Assembly (NCBI GenBank): GCA_964019335.1
Contig: OZ025724.1
Coordinates: forward strand, 62,001 to 126,000
DNA length: 64,000 nucleotides
DNA from: Diplonema japonicum
Taxonomy: Eukaryota; Protista; Euglenozoa: Diplonemea
Direction: 5' to 3'
The first letter of the stretch is position 1. Every line of letters begins with the position of its first letter. The position numbers were made by a program, and so were the translations under genes. A model generated the notes under the pieces. It was not told where the DNA came from and did not search any database. It saw nothing but the letters and a program-made list of their open reading frames with translations. Shown here in pieces: positions 10,601 to 21,140 of the stretch.

Positions 10601-13043
10601 AGAGGCTCTCGAGCACGGCACCGGTTCTCCACTGGTTGTCGTATACTTCCAACACCCGTGTTGTCCCTGCAGAAGACGACAGGATCGCACCGTCCGCCAT
10701 GACAGCAAACACGGTCACGTTTTGAGCGCCTTCAATTCCAGCTACAACAGAGGTGATCGCTTCAGAGAGCTCCGGGATGGGCCGTTGTACTTCGATAACC
10801 GCAGATACCTTGTGTGTTTCGGAGTCGAAGATGGGTTTAAGCAACGAAAAAACATGCGGTGCGATATCGTAAACCGTGCTCATTCTCGCCCCCGAGTGTA
10901 AAATGTGCAGTGTTGTCCTGCTGTAAAACCACGTCTGGCCGGGAAAATCGTAGGCCCGCACCCGCGAGACAACTTCGAATGGGTCCGCGAAGGTTTCCCC
11001 GACGACGATGGACGGGTCGAAGGCCGACCTCGATGTCGAGAACAGAAAGAGTGGTTGGTTCGTGACCCAATCGTTTTCGTAGAACGCAATATCGTACAAA
11101 AACCCGTTTTGTGTGGCATTGACGTGTAAATGAGTGTCCTTCCGTACCCCGTCTGGACGGGAGTCGGTGCGGCAAAAGCTGTCCATATAAAAACCCTTTG
11201 TAGTAGATATCTTTATAAACCAGTCGCTATGGTGGGTCAGCGCACGTATCTGAGGGTACAGCAGGATGAAATGCTCCCAAGAACCGTCAAACCCATACAT
11301 CAGCTCGTAGATCATTGCGACTATCTCTTGCGGTTCTTTCAACCACTTGACTGCGATGCTCTCTGTAACCGATACGATCACCTGCCTCCACCTCGTGTTG
11401 ATCTTTTTTATGCTGTCGAGGTCCGCCTTCAACGTCCTGTCAACAGCCACTTCCCCTTCGTGGAGCATTGCATAAGCCGAGTCATGCCCGCTGCTAAACG
11501 TGAGCGCAAAGGTAATCAATGTCGTCAACAGTAAAAGGGTAAACGACAGACCGGTTGATGCGAGCTGCAACGGGATTCCAACTGTCTCTGTTTTTGAGAC
11601 GCGTGCTCTGCGTTTTGTTTGCCGCTGCAAGGTGTATCTTACGACCATGGCTGCTGATATCCCGGTTGTGATGAAGATTGGGATAAGCATCATTGGGTTG
11701 AAGGTCACATGTGATACACCTTCGACGTTGAACTCCTCTTCAATCTCCTTCGTCTCCGGAAGGATCGGTATAATTGGGATGAACTCCTTCACCTCCGCCG
11801 TCGTCCCCAAATAGTGCCCCGAACCCTCTGCCGTCGCAGGCTGCTTTTCAACGTCCGATAAAAACCCCTCCAACCCTATGTTCTTCATTCCGTGAACGGA
11901 GATGTTCACAAGCTTCGAAGGCCCCGTCGGAAGTGAAAGTGTTTCTCCTGCCGATGGAACCACAACAATGCTTTCCACGCCTGCTTGTTGTGCCCGAAGC
12001 ACCATCGTATACAATAGACACTCCAATGGAGGACGTATTAAAATCATACTGCCTTTGTACGGCTCAAAATCGGACGCCTCGCACCCGTTTCTGGGAAGGT
12101 TCTTGAGATACACCACGGGAAGGGACAAGCTGAAGGGGATCTGCGGAAAGGCTGGGGACGTCCACAGTTGTGCGGTTGGAACACGAGGGAGAAGCGCGTT
12201 GCCAGTAAGGCATAAGGTGGAATTCAAGATCTCGAGCATCGCACCACACGACAGGCAGATACGTCTCCTCGGCGCCCTTTCTTGCGTGCATGAGTACGGC
12301 GGGATAATGCGGGCCGCGTATCCACAGCCGTCGGACATACCTTCGACGTCAGGGGGGATGTCAGGGATGGAACAATCGAGACGAACCTTTCCTTTAACAA
12401 TTCCTCCACTATCTATATATTCGATTATGGTTTCAAGTCCGCTCCGCTGCACAGACATAGCTGGGATAGTTATGTTGGGTGATGATGTGCCCAGCATGCC
12501 CATGAGCTGGTTCTCCGGATCTTGGCTGTTCATATGATTGATCTGAAACCCCATCGCTGCGCCAGACGCCGATAAATGTTTGAATTTCGTCACGAACGCG
12601 CAGCCCCCCCTTCGCACCACCACTGCCTTCCTGGTGTAGTTCTTCGCTGTGATGTTTATCGGCGAGCATGCTAGCCTGTCAGGGTCGGCGGGGGACTTCC
12701 CTGAGGTTACAATATCCATTTCAACATCATGAAGGGGGTGGGTTTGATCAATTACGTTTTCTCCTTTAAATGGAAGGAAGTAGTCTTCCTCTAGTAACAG
12801 TCTCATGGACAACCATGGGGGGGATGTTATGTCTAGACCTAGCCTCGGATGGACAAAACAGCTGTCATATATCTCCCATTGTTGTTGGTCGCAAACTGCG
12901 TGCGAATACTGCGGCAGAGCTTCAGTGGCCGCTTGCGCGTCGCCGAATTCCTGACCCGCTCTTCCATACACGCAAGATAACACACTGGAGCTACATTGCA
13001 ACTGAGCGTTTAGGACTGCCACCACGACAACGATGGGCAGCAT
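7680..13043 (-). CDS. Receptor-type adenylate cyclase: signal peptide, 2 PA-like domains, TMs, LamG-containing ectodomain, TM, class III cyclase, degenerate second cyclase-like region
   Basis: Catalytic motifs FTDIQGST, YEVKIIGDSYM, RIGIHCG and YDYFGNTVNKAARVES. PA-like AVVVRRGGCAFVTK. LamG-like FSISVWVKP...WTHFTIT...YVNG...GSLDDFQMYN. Confidence 0.9.
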   Translation of the reverse strand: MLPIVVVVAVLNAQLQCSSSVLSCVYGRAGQEFGDAQAATEALPQYSHAVCDQQQWEIYDSCFVHPRLGLDITSPPWLSMRLLLEEDYFLPFKGENVIDQTHPLHDVEMDIVTSGKSPADPDRLACSPINITAKNYTRKAVVVRRGGCAFVTKFKHLSASGAAMGFQINHMNSQDPENQLMGMLGTSSPNITIPAMSVQRSGLETIIEYIDSGGIVKGKVRLDCSIPDIPPDVEGMSDGCGYAARIIPPYSCTQERAPRRRICLSCGAMLEILNSTLCLTGNALLPRVPTAQLWTSPAFPQIPFSLSLPVVYLKNLPRNGCEASDFEPYKGSMILIRPPLECLLYTMVLRAQQAGVESIVVVPSAGETLSLPTGPSKLVNISVHGMKNIGLEGFLSDVEKQPATAEGSGHYLGTTAEVKEFIPIIPILPETKEIEEEFNVEGVSHVTFNPMMLIPIFITTGISAAMVVRYTLQRQTKRRARVSKTETVGIPLQLASTGLSFTLLLLTTLITFALTFSSGHDSAYAMLHEGEVAVDRTLKADLDSIKKINTRWRQVIVSVTESIAVKWLKEPQEIVAMIYELMYGFDGSWEHFILLYPQIRALTHHSDWFIKISTTKGFYMDSFCRTDSRPDGVRKDTHLHVNATQNGFLYDIAFYENDWVTNQPLFLFSTSRSAFDPSIVVGETFADPFEVVSRVRAYDFPGQTWFYSRTTLHILHSGARMSTVYDIAPHVFSLLKPIFDSETHKVSAVIEVQRPIPELSEAITSVVAGIEGAQNVTVFAVMADGAILSSSAGTTRVLEVYDNQWRTGAVLESLSMNNTYSVELNALQQYLFTRPHEEGRIFSKDGSGNFEQSNYYKDFTWLQISLPFSNGGHNDVSGNEYKTEIRGGGGVIGDTGTLHLDKDSVLFIYNNLTTDIPRVAATKVSRNGEPWRSSFPGYNHTLHYSDGTETVAYPSSVSGSLEPVAREAILGTSQFSISVWVKPDAAINSTSAIYPMKPRIFSDTAAGNGAVRWYANGGFSLGLYVFGCETKPLLNGPPAGQWTHFTITVDRIFTSQCSMYVNGSLYDRANISLHESRETFQEAYQLGMYYSGSLDDFQMYNLSLRESEVHSVFSTGVLSRQVDPKRWIYDYTQITSEGTPPVSVIVGILIPEEDVKREVRENNRKVMDSLVKAGEKNDVELMQRGTMAALIVVAILAASFSAFYIFNEMLVAPFGTIAGQMNQAAIMKLTAIPRQKTIITELDMMYKSLDKMLNNLEAYRPYLPDALFRDLGLVPECSERDCAPGLRSNFATLVFTDIQGSTKLWEKCGEGMKEALRIHNNVIRKCLADTDGYEVKIIGDSYMASFDRAVDACFFGTTVQLRLLHTDWPSAVYEVPDCARSAPHWGGLRIRIGIHCGEVEVEFNPVSQRYDYFGNTVNKAARVESACYGGCVAVTKSVLAEIHNEDGTLLLSDVLLVPMGKVGLKGISAKTELTALLPVELANRKAMIPHSNINPLEHDRSSSMEASTSSVLSRRPVGKMDRVESATICKMETMFEGDLVMSYSPYDVLSTANIALTRAVTQLERCEGTTLGVFGSSLYVGWNLGRTCSDQWECSTRFVRFLHLSRTQAVPCPIPHELHLSLVRCPLLYGAIGTFDQRYITPMGSGVRCSADLLVAAAKLKIFCLYVSLSGKMLRVNDTNMRPIGWWSSKAGFSVPDGTASISAALSPLTFSVYELRPNIEGNDLWSGDGTVRAWAWSSDYAAAFAKGDVSAILENTDDPVLLRLTEEVRKTPQSVDIAPLTTLHIS

Positions 13044-13492
13044 CCAGGTCTTCCTGGGGGGAGGGGGAGGTACCTTTGTTATGTTTTTTTTTCTTTTTGA
13101 AGACGATGAAAATCCCCCCCCAAAAAAAACAGGTATTGCATGTGGCGAGATGGCAATCGATAGAACAAGGAGTCATGGGAACGTCAACCAATGCTTCAAA
13201 CGATGCTTCATAGTCGAAAGCGTGGACAACAAGCGTGGTCTACGGGCAGTAGAAGTTTGACCTAATTGTACCATGATGATGTAAATATAAAGAAATACCA
13301 GAAAATGAGTTGTAAAGAAGTCTTTGTGAGTGGAGAAGCCCCCCCCGTTCTCGTCCACTACCCAAGAAAAAAAAAAAAGAAAGAAAGAAGAAAAAGTAAA
13401 GAAATAGGCAAAAAAATAAAATAAAAAGAATCCCCACCCCCCGGAAGAAAAAAAAAAACTAAAAGTGACGTGTGTAAACACTACTTTTACCA

Positions 13493-14842
13493 CTATTCCC
13501 CGACTGCCTCGGCAACCTCATCTCCTGTTAGCATTACGGGCAAGACTTCGGAGCTCTCTTCGTAACCGGTGAAGAATGGATGGCTGATACACTCATTCGC
13601 ACTAACCCGGGAAGACCCATCACGGGTGGTGAACATAAACCTCAAGAGACACGCAATGGCAGGCGGCGTGGCGCACCAATCTGGCTCAGACCGGTGCACC
13701 AAAGGAGAGGAACCGAGTGGGAAGGGAGGCCTCCCTGTCGACATCATATAAAAAAGCACAGCGAGCGCCCAAATATCGTTGTTCGGCCCTGTGGCCCCAT
13801 GCACCGCAGGGCAAGCAAAGGGGAAATGACTGGCTACTCCCGCACTTCCAAAATGTTGCGCCGCAACATCGACAAGCACTGCACCGCCGTTCCTGTCCGT
13901 GAGCACGTTCTCATGCTTTATGTTGTTGTGAACAATACCGTTTTGATGCAAAAAAGAAACAGCTCCGAGAAGCGCCGCTCCGTGAAGCCGGACCACATCG
14001 ACTTTAAAAGGCATGCTGAACGGTTTGTACAGCATCCCACCTGGTTGGAAAGCTGTGTAAATGAATATCGACGCGCCCCGTCTGACAACCTTCACCAGGT
14101 CGCCAATATGCGGGTGGGAGATATTTTTAAGCAACGCGATCTCCTTTCGCACCTCTTCGACAGACGCTGATGTTGTCCCTGTAATGGTCTTTTCCACGAA
14201 CAGTGCGTTGGTCGTGGTGTCTGAGAGCAGCTTCACTGACCGCGCCCCGCGTGCCTCAAGGTACTCAACGAAACAGCAACTGTTTGAACTGAAATGAGTT
14301 TGTGCAATCCGCAGACTATTCGCCTTGTTGTAATCCCGCGATTTTTGAGAAGGCCCCGGCGGGACCGACCAGTGGGGACACCACGACACATAGTTTCGGT
14401 TCATTAAAACACAGTACATGCATTCCGTATTTATGTATCCCGGCTTCCGTGCGGCTTGGTCTGCCTCATGGTATTCGCACTGAACGTGCCTCCCCGCCAC
14501 GTACTCCTCCAGCTCCTTGTGCATCTCTGTTGTGTTGTATGTCGACAAGAGGCCCATCTCTCGAAAGAAGACGGAGATGTTGCCGTTGGGCTCGTTGGGC
14601 TTTATGCAGGTGTGCGAGAATGATGTGTAGCCTGTGCTCTGCAGGGCTTCTATGTAGTTCAGCAGTACGCACGCTTCCCCCAGATCGACGTGTGCCTCGC
14701 CTATCTTTAGCTTTTGTGGGTTTGTGTCTACTGAGGATAGATCTACCGTGTTTTCACCCAGTGCCCACCTGCTTAGAGAGTTGCATTCAGTGCCGCTCAC
14801 ACTCGTAAGATGAGGTCGATGATTGCTTGAACCACATCCCAT
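13493..14842 (-). CDS. N-acylated (MGCGSS) protein-kinase-fold protein, probably a pseudokinase
   Basis: Kinase subdomains present (EIALLKNISHPHI, NDIWALAV, GRPPF, HPFF), but HRD is HNN and DFG is DVA. Confidence 0.8.
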   Translation of the reverse strand: MGCGSSNHRPHLTSVSGTECNSLSRWALGENTVDLSSVDTNPQKLKIGEAHVDLGEACVLLNYIEALQSTGYTSFSHTCIKPNEPNGNISVFFREMGLLSTYNTTEMHKELEEYVAGRHVQCEYHEADQAARKPGYINTECMYCVLMNRNYVSWCPHWSVPPGPSQKSRDYNKANSLRIAQTHFSSNSCCFVEYLEARGARSVKLLSDTTTNALFVEKTITGTTSASVEEVRKEIALLKNISHPHIGDLVKVVRRGASIFIYTAFQPGGMLYKPFSMPFKVDVVRLHGAALLGAVSFLHQNGIVHNNIKHENVLTDRNGGAVLVDVAAQHFGSAGVASHFPFACPAVHGATGPNNDIWALAVLFYMMSTGRPPFPLGSSPLVHRSEPDWCATPPAIACLLRFMFTTRDGSSRVSANECISHPFFTGYEESSEVLPVMLTGDEVAEAVGE

Positions 14843-14999
14843 TTTCTTTTTTTTTTGGATGCCCGCTCAGAACATAGATATGTTGCGCATTTCATGGGGT
14901 GGGGGAAAAAAAAAAAGAAAAAAAGGGTGTCTTTGAAGGGAACCTGCAGTATGTGACAGGATCGCCTAACGACAATCAACTCATCTAGTGTTTGATCCC

Positions 15000-16880
15000 T
15001 TCTGTCGTGGTAGTGCCTTAGGCCCGTCGTAGTATCTCATCAGCAGCTTACTAGCGAGTTGTTGAGGATGCAATGCGTTCGCATTTGTTCCTCTAGGATC
15101 GAGTGACCTTCGGGGACGCGAAGATCGGACGAGTGGAGTAACCAGTGACGGCATGGCTGTGGAGCCCTAGGGTGCGTAGTGAGTGTACTGACTTCATAGT
15201 TTCTGCCGGAATCAGATGATTCCCCGTCCCTTTTAGATGGATCCTTTCTAAGACGCTGAGAATCCTGCCGAGCTTTCTCGCCCAGCACGCTATGTCTTCC
15301 CCACCCATGTGGAGCCTTTCCGTTGCAATGAGGTCGACTGCTAGTTCCGCCTTAGAAACTTGCCCGCCTTCCTTGCCCCATTTTAGCATTCAGCCAGTTG
15401 AGGACAAATGGGATTAGGCCTGGGAAGTATTTCTTCTGCAGCCCATGTTCGTGGTACCAGGGGAGAGGCTTCGGGGTTAAGAGGTTCCCCGTCGGAATGG
15501 TCTATTCCAGAAATGCTGTTTCGTGTACCTGACCTGCTTGTCGGCGTGCAGGTTCTCGAGCTTGCCTGCCACTTCTGCTAGCATCAGGTGGAGCTCCTTG
15601 ACTCTCGATAGGCTGATGTCCAAGTCCGAGGTAATGATGCCGTGTACGCGGGTGCAGATTGGCCAGTTGATGTGTTCTTGCACTAGCCATTCGCGGTCGG
15701 CGTTGGCCGTTCTAAAACCGGCGTGTGCCGGGCAGTGCCAAATTGTATGCAGCAGGAGGTTGCTGGTCCCGCCCCTAATGTCGAAGGGTGTGTCACACCC
15801 AAGGCATTTCATTCGCGTGCCATCCATGTCGCCGTAGGCTCTAGGGTGCAGTGGAAGGATGGCGCCTGTAACGGCACAAAGGATTCTCCTTGCTTTCTGC
15901 GGGTTGGTAATCGCCACCTCGTTGTGTAGGACGTTCGTCTTCATCTCGTCCACTCCTATCTCGATTCCTTTGAAAGTGTCCCACTCTTCGGCGAGCTCGC
16001 CCCGCAGTTTTTCTTTCAACCGCGCTCTGACCTCGTGTTTCAGGTGTGGCAACTCTTTAATAAAGTCCTTCCATCTCGTCCCGATGTCCCGTAGCCATAT
16101 TTCCGCATTACCAAATGGCCCCTTCGAAAGCGACGGCGTTCCATCTCGCTCCTTTGCGTACTTGTAAGTTTCCCAGGGACTTGTTCGACTGTCGTGTGCA
16201 CAGGCGACCTAGGGTCGAAATGGCTTTATAGACCACCGAAGAGTAAGGGTCTAGGGTTTGTAGGCAATCCTTAGCAGCGCACTGGCGGAGGTTGCGTGCG
16301 CCCCAGATGCATGACGTGATCTGCTTCTTCAGTTTCACCAGCCAAGAGTCTGGGATTGGGTCGAAGAGGACGCCGTAGAAGGCGGACGGTAGGATGTTCT
16401 CTGCGATGACCTGTACCTTGCGGTTGTGGTCTCGTTGCTGCGAGGCGCTCAATTTCTGCAAGTGCCTTGCGGGCTCTCGTGTTCTCTCTTCTACAAGGCT
16501 GGAAGTAGACCAGTACCCCCAGGATCTGCAGTTTGCAGGACGTGTCGAAGGTCTCCCCGTGTAGCTGTACGTTGCCGCAGTACTTGGGTTTCGTTCCAAA
16601 CGACGTAGTTTTCTTCGGGTGGATAGCCATCCCTGTGAGCTTGCAGAGGGTGCCAAGCAGGTTAACGGAGCGTTGCACCGCGGCCTCCGAGGTAGCTGAC
16701 GTGAAGTTTAGGTCGTCTGCATACGACACAGGATGGGCGTTTCTAGGGTTCGCCGTGCATTTCTTGGTGAATATAGCGAGGATCGCGTTGATGAAGACCG
16801 GTGATATTGAACAACCCTGGAGAATCCCATTCGTGGTTCTGAACGGTGCGCCCACCCCCATGGGGAAACGTAACCGACGG
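15000..16880 (-). mobile_element. Degenerate 5'-truncated non-LTR retrotransposon (family B, related to A)
   Basis: Frameshifted RT fragments NGILQGCSISP and SYADD; CLGC...HTIWHC finger; VSKAELAVDL resembles family A VSAVELAIDF. Ends approximate. Confidence 0.85.
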
Positions 16881-16936
16881 ATTAAAAAAAAAAACTATGC
16901 AAGATGGTGGAAAAAAAAAGAGGGGGGGGGTGGCAT

Positions 16937-17551
16937 CTAGAACCCAAAGATTTTGTTCGCCTCCGCCATGCTCATCCCAATGGAGCCTAGCATCTCGTTG
17001 CAGGCTCTCTTGTACAAATTATTCCTCTGTTTCGCCTTTTCCATGGCTTTTTTTATTTTGCGAACCGTTTCAGGGGGTACTTGCGGGGAGCCTTTGGTAG
17101 ATGTTCTTAAGGCAGCTACTTCAGAGCGCATTGCTTCCAAACGAGTTGTTAGCTTCGAGGTCTCTGAAAGAAGATCATCGTCGGTGGGGGTTTGCCGCAG
17201 ACGTTGGGCTTCTAAAGTAAGAGACTTGCAAACGCTTTCCAGTTGCTGTTTCGCTTGGGCTGAACCGGCTGTTTGCTTTGTAAGTGCTGCCGCGGTGTCA
17301 GAAGACTGGCAGACGAGCTCTTTTTGATCGATGTAATAAACCCTGTTTCTCCCAAAGTCCTTCGCCACAAGGCGCTTGTTCTCAACTAGATTCTCCAACA
17401 CCTTTACAGCCAAAGGCTTCCTCACGCTTCCTGAAGTATTGTCCGAGACCAGCTGTGAGTTGTAGGGCCTATTCGTCGTTCTCATCAGCTCCATGACGAT
17501 TCGCTCAGCCTCATCTTGGTCTGTCACTTTCTGTTTCCCTTCTTTCTTCAT
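16937..17551 (-). CDS. HOP2: Hop2/TBPIP meiotic recombination factor
   Basis: Winged-helix motifs MRTTNRPYNSQ...VKVLENL...KDFGRNRVYY followed by a coiled coil and PTDDDL; ATG at 17551. Confidence 0.85.
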   Translation of the reverse strand: MKKEGKQKVTDQDEAERIVMELMRTTNRPYNSQLVSDNTSGSVRKPLAVKVLENLVENKRLVAKDFGRNRVYYIDQKELVCQSSDTAAALTKQTAGSAQAKQQLESVCKSLTLEAQRLRQTPTDDDLLSETSKLTTRLEAMRSEVAALRTSTKGSPQVPPETVRKIKKAMEKAKQRNNLYKRACNEMLGSIGMSMAEANKIFGF

Positions 17552-17958
17552 ATTTCTTCCCCCCTCTGAAAAAAAAAAAAAAAAGAAGAAAGCTATTTTT
17601 TCTTTTCGTAAAAATAGAAATAGAAAAAAAACAACGAAGAAACAACGATGAAAAGCGGTACTTTTTAATTTTTTGAAACCCTTGCGTTCGGGATTTCTTT
17701 TTTTCTTCTTCTTCTTCTTTTTTTGCTTTTTTTTTTTTCCCCGCTCGAGCAAGGAAGTGAGAGGAGGGAGAAACTGAGAGGTAGAAAAGAAAAAAAAAAA
17801 AAACAACAACGTCAAAAAAAAAGGGTGTATTTTCTTTTTTTTTATTTGCTCGGCACAGGGTTTGAATAGAAAACCTCAGCAGGGCTTAAGAATCCTTTTG
17901 AAAAGGAAAGGGGAAAAAAAAAGGGGGAGGGGGGAAGAGGGTCATTAGAGACTCTCTT

Positions 17959-17990
<32 letters not shown>

Positions 17991-18132
17991 CAAGACAAGA
18001 AAAGTATAAACATACTAGTAAACAGCCACCCATGCCCAGAGCACTTTTCGGCTGCTGGGATCAAGAATAAGAAAGCACTTTTCATACGTTTCCCGTTTCC
18101 CCCCCCCCCCCCCCCCGAACTTTCTGGATTTT

Positions 18133-18864
18133 TTAGTACCGTAAATAGTGTATTTTTCCTTGTGGAGACCGGCCGTGATCAAACCCTTTCGCTCTCTCCA
18201 AATCAACCATGCTGACAGGCTTGAAATTCATAACGAGCCCTCTACGATGGGAATTACTGGTGAAATTGCCTAGGCTCTGGTGCAGGGTGGTACCGGTATG
18301 CAGGATGCAGGACCCAGCTTCTACGGGATACGATCGACGGCAGGAAATGGGGTGCGGAGCGTCACATGTCCGCCGCCCATGAGACGCCTGCTGGTGGTGC
18401 CGCACTCCACTTTTGTGACTTCCCAATGCATACCATAAGCATCCGTTCTCTTCTGTTGTCCTATCAATCGCCACCCAACATGACAAAGCACGTTGATCGG
18501 GAAGCGAAGGCCAGTAAGCAGCATCTTGATGCCATTGGGTTTCTTCGGATGTGCCAGGAGCCTTATCTATGAACATATCGTAGTCCAGCACCATGTCTTT
18601 CCCATATAGTGACTTCACCAGTCCTAGAAGCCTTCTGTATACCTGAGTGTCGTGTAGTACTGGCACGATGTCACTTGGCCACACGATGTGGGTTATCGGG
18701 CCTTCGGTTTTTCTGAAGCCTGTCTCTATGGCACCTTTAATCATCATGTTGTACAACTTACCGATCCTTTCTGTCTCGTCCTCGCAGAGGACCCCCTCGA
18801 CTACCACGACGCCCTCTGTGTCCAATGTGGTCTTTATGCTGTCGTGGTCGGAGTACAATGGCAT
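18133..18864 (-). CDS. Phytanoyl-CoA dioxygenase (PhyH) family 2OG-Fe(II) oxygenase
   Basis: WHQDAAYW (HxD), WVAID...ENGCL...GSH, G...H...LHQS..N....RR. Confidence 0.9.
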   Translation of the reverse strand: MPLYSDHDSIKTTLDTEGVVVVEGVLCEDETERIGKLYNMMIKGAIETGFRKTEGPITHIVWPSDIVPVLHDTQVYRRLLGLVKSLYGKDMVLDYDMFIDKAPGTSEETQWHQDAAYWPSLPDQRALSCWVAIDRTTEENGCLWYALGSHKSGVRHHQQASHGRRTCDAPHPISCRRSYPVEAGSCILHTGTTLHQSLGNFTSNSHRRGLVMNFKPVSMVDLERAKGFDHGRSPQGKIHYLRY

Positions 18865-19358
18865 TTTCTTTTTTTTTTTTTTTTCTTCTCTCCCCCCACT
18901 TTTTTTTCTCTTCTTTTTCCACTAGCTGAATGAAAAAAAAAATAAGAAATCTCAAGGAGGGGACAGGGGGGGGGAGTTTGAGAAAATCTTTCAAAATTGG
19001 CTAGAAAGAAAAAAAAACCCCCCCCTCCCCCTCTGTCTCTTTACACTTGCAGCGCCACCCAAACTCGATTCCAGAACATGAAATAACACGAAGCACCACC
19101 AACGCCCTTAGAAAAGCGGTAGTAATTGACTACAGAGATATAGTATGTGAAACAAAAAGTAAATACGATAAAGCCTTATATGAGACACATGTGTCCGATT
19201 CTGTCTCCGGTAAGCCAACTCCTTTACCAGAACCCGAACTTCAGAACTCGCTTGAGGGGAGGTGTCGTTACCCACCTTGGACTTGAGCCTATGTCAAAAG
19301 TCTTGCTGCCCCCTTAAAAAAAAAGCAAAAAGAGAGACACCGAACAATGTCGTTCTCT

Positions 19359-21140
19359 TTACTGCAGTAAATCGAGCTGGTGTTTACTATCCAACACAAG
19401 GCGAACGGTGAAGCACTTTTCAGCTACGTTGTACTCAGCAGTTCTGATGTGGCTTTTTTTTAATTTGCGTGTGGCATACTTTACATCGTCTTCCTTGCCT
19501 TCTTTGTGGTATTCTATGGACAGTTCTCCTTCGGCAGTCAGGTTCCACTTCTTTATAACGTTCTCCTCATTGCACGCTGTGTCCAGCAGCACAAGACCCT
19601 TTCTTCCTCTCGATATCGTCAAGGTCGTATTAGGTATCCCGACACTAGTCCCTGTCGTAGGCACGCTCGGCTCTTCCACGTCCAGTGGCTCCGCCGCGCT
19701 GGGCGGGCTTGCGGGTGGCGTCCCTTTTCGTTGTGGTTCAGGCTCAGGCTCAGGTTCAGGCTCAGGTGTGGACGGTTCGGGTTTCACCACTGGGTCCACA
19801 CGAAGAAGTGGTTCTGGTACTGCTGGATAAACACGATTGGGAGTAACAGGGCCCTGTTGAGACACGACGAGCCCACCACAGGAACCAAGACACCTCTCGT
19901 TGCAGTAAGGGGCATGACCCTTTGTGGAGATGTTGTTGCACCGCTTCCACAAACTGTTAATGCTGTGCACCTCGGATGTCATCTTCTCAAGGTTGTCTGT
20001 GGTCACAGCGTTCGGGAGGAGGATCCCTTTGGGTGGATGGCCGAGGTGCGACATGTCCATATGGACCGCGACGTAGTTCTTCTTCTTCCACGTCTTTTCA
20101 ACACTTGCAACAGAAGGGGCGAGGAGTGTGGTGCACGTTTCGCATTTGTAATTCGTACCGTTTTGGAAGTGAAAGCACTCGGAACACGCGTACATCGAGA
20201 CACGTGTCCTCTTAATGGTACACGTCATGTCATCCTTCTTGTGCGCCCCAATGACGAGCCCTGCGAGCAGTATCGCCGTGCACTCCGACCCGATGTTGTC
20301 CTTTGTACAGCTGATTGTGAGGTACGGTTCCTTCACCACAGAAACAAACAGGGCTTCGCACGACCCGCACATCCCGCATTCAGGCATGGACGAGCTCTTG
20401 CAATGCGGACAGGTCTCCACCACCTTCTTGAAGTACGTTGTGGTCTTCTCGTTGTCAGTGAGGTTCTGTCCGTAGCTCGACACGTTGCCCGCGAAATTCT
20501 TCGTCCTGTCCATGAAGGTGCTCGTGCTGGGTGCGGTGTAGTGGAGGCGAGGAAGCCCAGTCAGAACCCTGGCAAGGTCTTCTGCAGCGAGAGTGCTCCG
20601 ACTGTAGCGCTTGTCATGTGCATACCACAGCACGCTGTCGGGTGTTCGGTCACCAGACTTGGGGAACACCATGACAAAGCCAGTTGCAGGGGTGTCGGGG
20701 AGGACAACAGGAGGGTCCTTGACCTTCTCCACGGTGACCACCACCTTTGCAGGGGTATACAGCTCGTTGAAAAAGTTTGCTGCTGTGCAAGCCTGTCTGT
20801 AGGACTCACTGCCAGCCAACTGGCTCGAGATGCAGACCACAAGCTCCTTTGCATCGTTCTTCTCATGCTCGTGCTTCTTGCACACCGCGACGGGGATGAG
20901 ACCACTTGCGTCTGTTCTCCGGTACTCCAGGTCTGTCCTGGACCGATGTTCCCCACACTGCCGGCAGCAATCTTCCCCATGCTTCATGCTCTCTTGTATC
21001 TTTTTGATCATGCATACGGGCAGAAGCTCTTTATCCGCTTGACAGCTACACGCAACACTCTTCACACACGACAGGCAGGCTTGCTCCAACCTTCTCTCGG
21101 GTTCCTCTAACGTGCTTTCCATTGTTGCTGAAGACGACAT
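19359..21140 (-). CDS. Uncharacterised Cys-rich protein (multiple CxxC), PE-repeat linker; paralog 1
   Basis: Long ORF, likely start MSSSAT at 21140; CRQC, CPHC, CGMC, CSEC and CETC motifs; about 1.2 kb is identical to 27077-28290. Confidence 0.7.
   Translation of the reverse strand: MSSSATMESTLEEPERRLEQACLSCVKSVACSCQADKELLPVCMIKKIQESMKHGEDCCRQCGEHRSRTDLEYRRTDASGLIPVAVCKKHEHEKNDAKELVVCISSQLAGSESYRQACTAANFFNELYTPAKVVVTVEKVKDPPVVLPDTPATGFVMVFPKSGDRTPDSVLWYAHDKRYSRSTLAAEDLARVLTGLPRLHYTAPSTSTFMDRTKNFAGNVSSYGQNLTDNEKTTTYFKKVVETCPHCKSSSMPECGMCGSCEALFVSVVKEPYLTISCTKDNIGSECTAILLAGLVIGAHKKDDMTCTIKRTRVSMYACSECFHFQNGTNYKCETCTTLLAPSVASVEKTWKKKNYVAVHMDMSHLGHPPKGILLPNAVTTDNLEKMTSEVHSINSLWKRCNNISTKGHAPYCNERCLGSCGGLVVSQQGPVTPNRVYPAVPEPLLRVDPVVKPEPSTPEPEPEPEPEPQRKGTPPASPPSAAEPLDVEEPSVPTTGTSVGIPNTTLTISRGRKGLVLLDTACNEENVIKKWNLTAEGELSIEYHKEGKEDDVKYATRKLKKSHIRTAEYNVAEKCFTVRLVLDSKHQLDLLQ

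Noticed and set aside
756-14842. Stop-codon reassignment
   Set aside because: TGA (UFL1), TAA (cyclase) and TAG (kinase) all end genes at plausible C-termini, and conserved genes have no in-frame stops.
19506-21110. Long plus-strand ORFs (534 aa here, 391 aa at 27181-28356, and many shorter ones)
   Set aside because: They are antisense shadows of minus-strand genes, with no recognisable motifs and against the cluster orientation.
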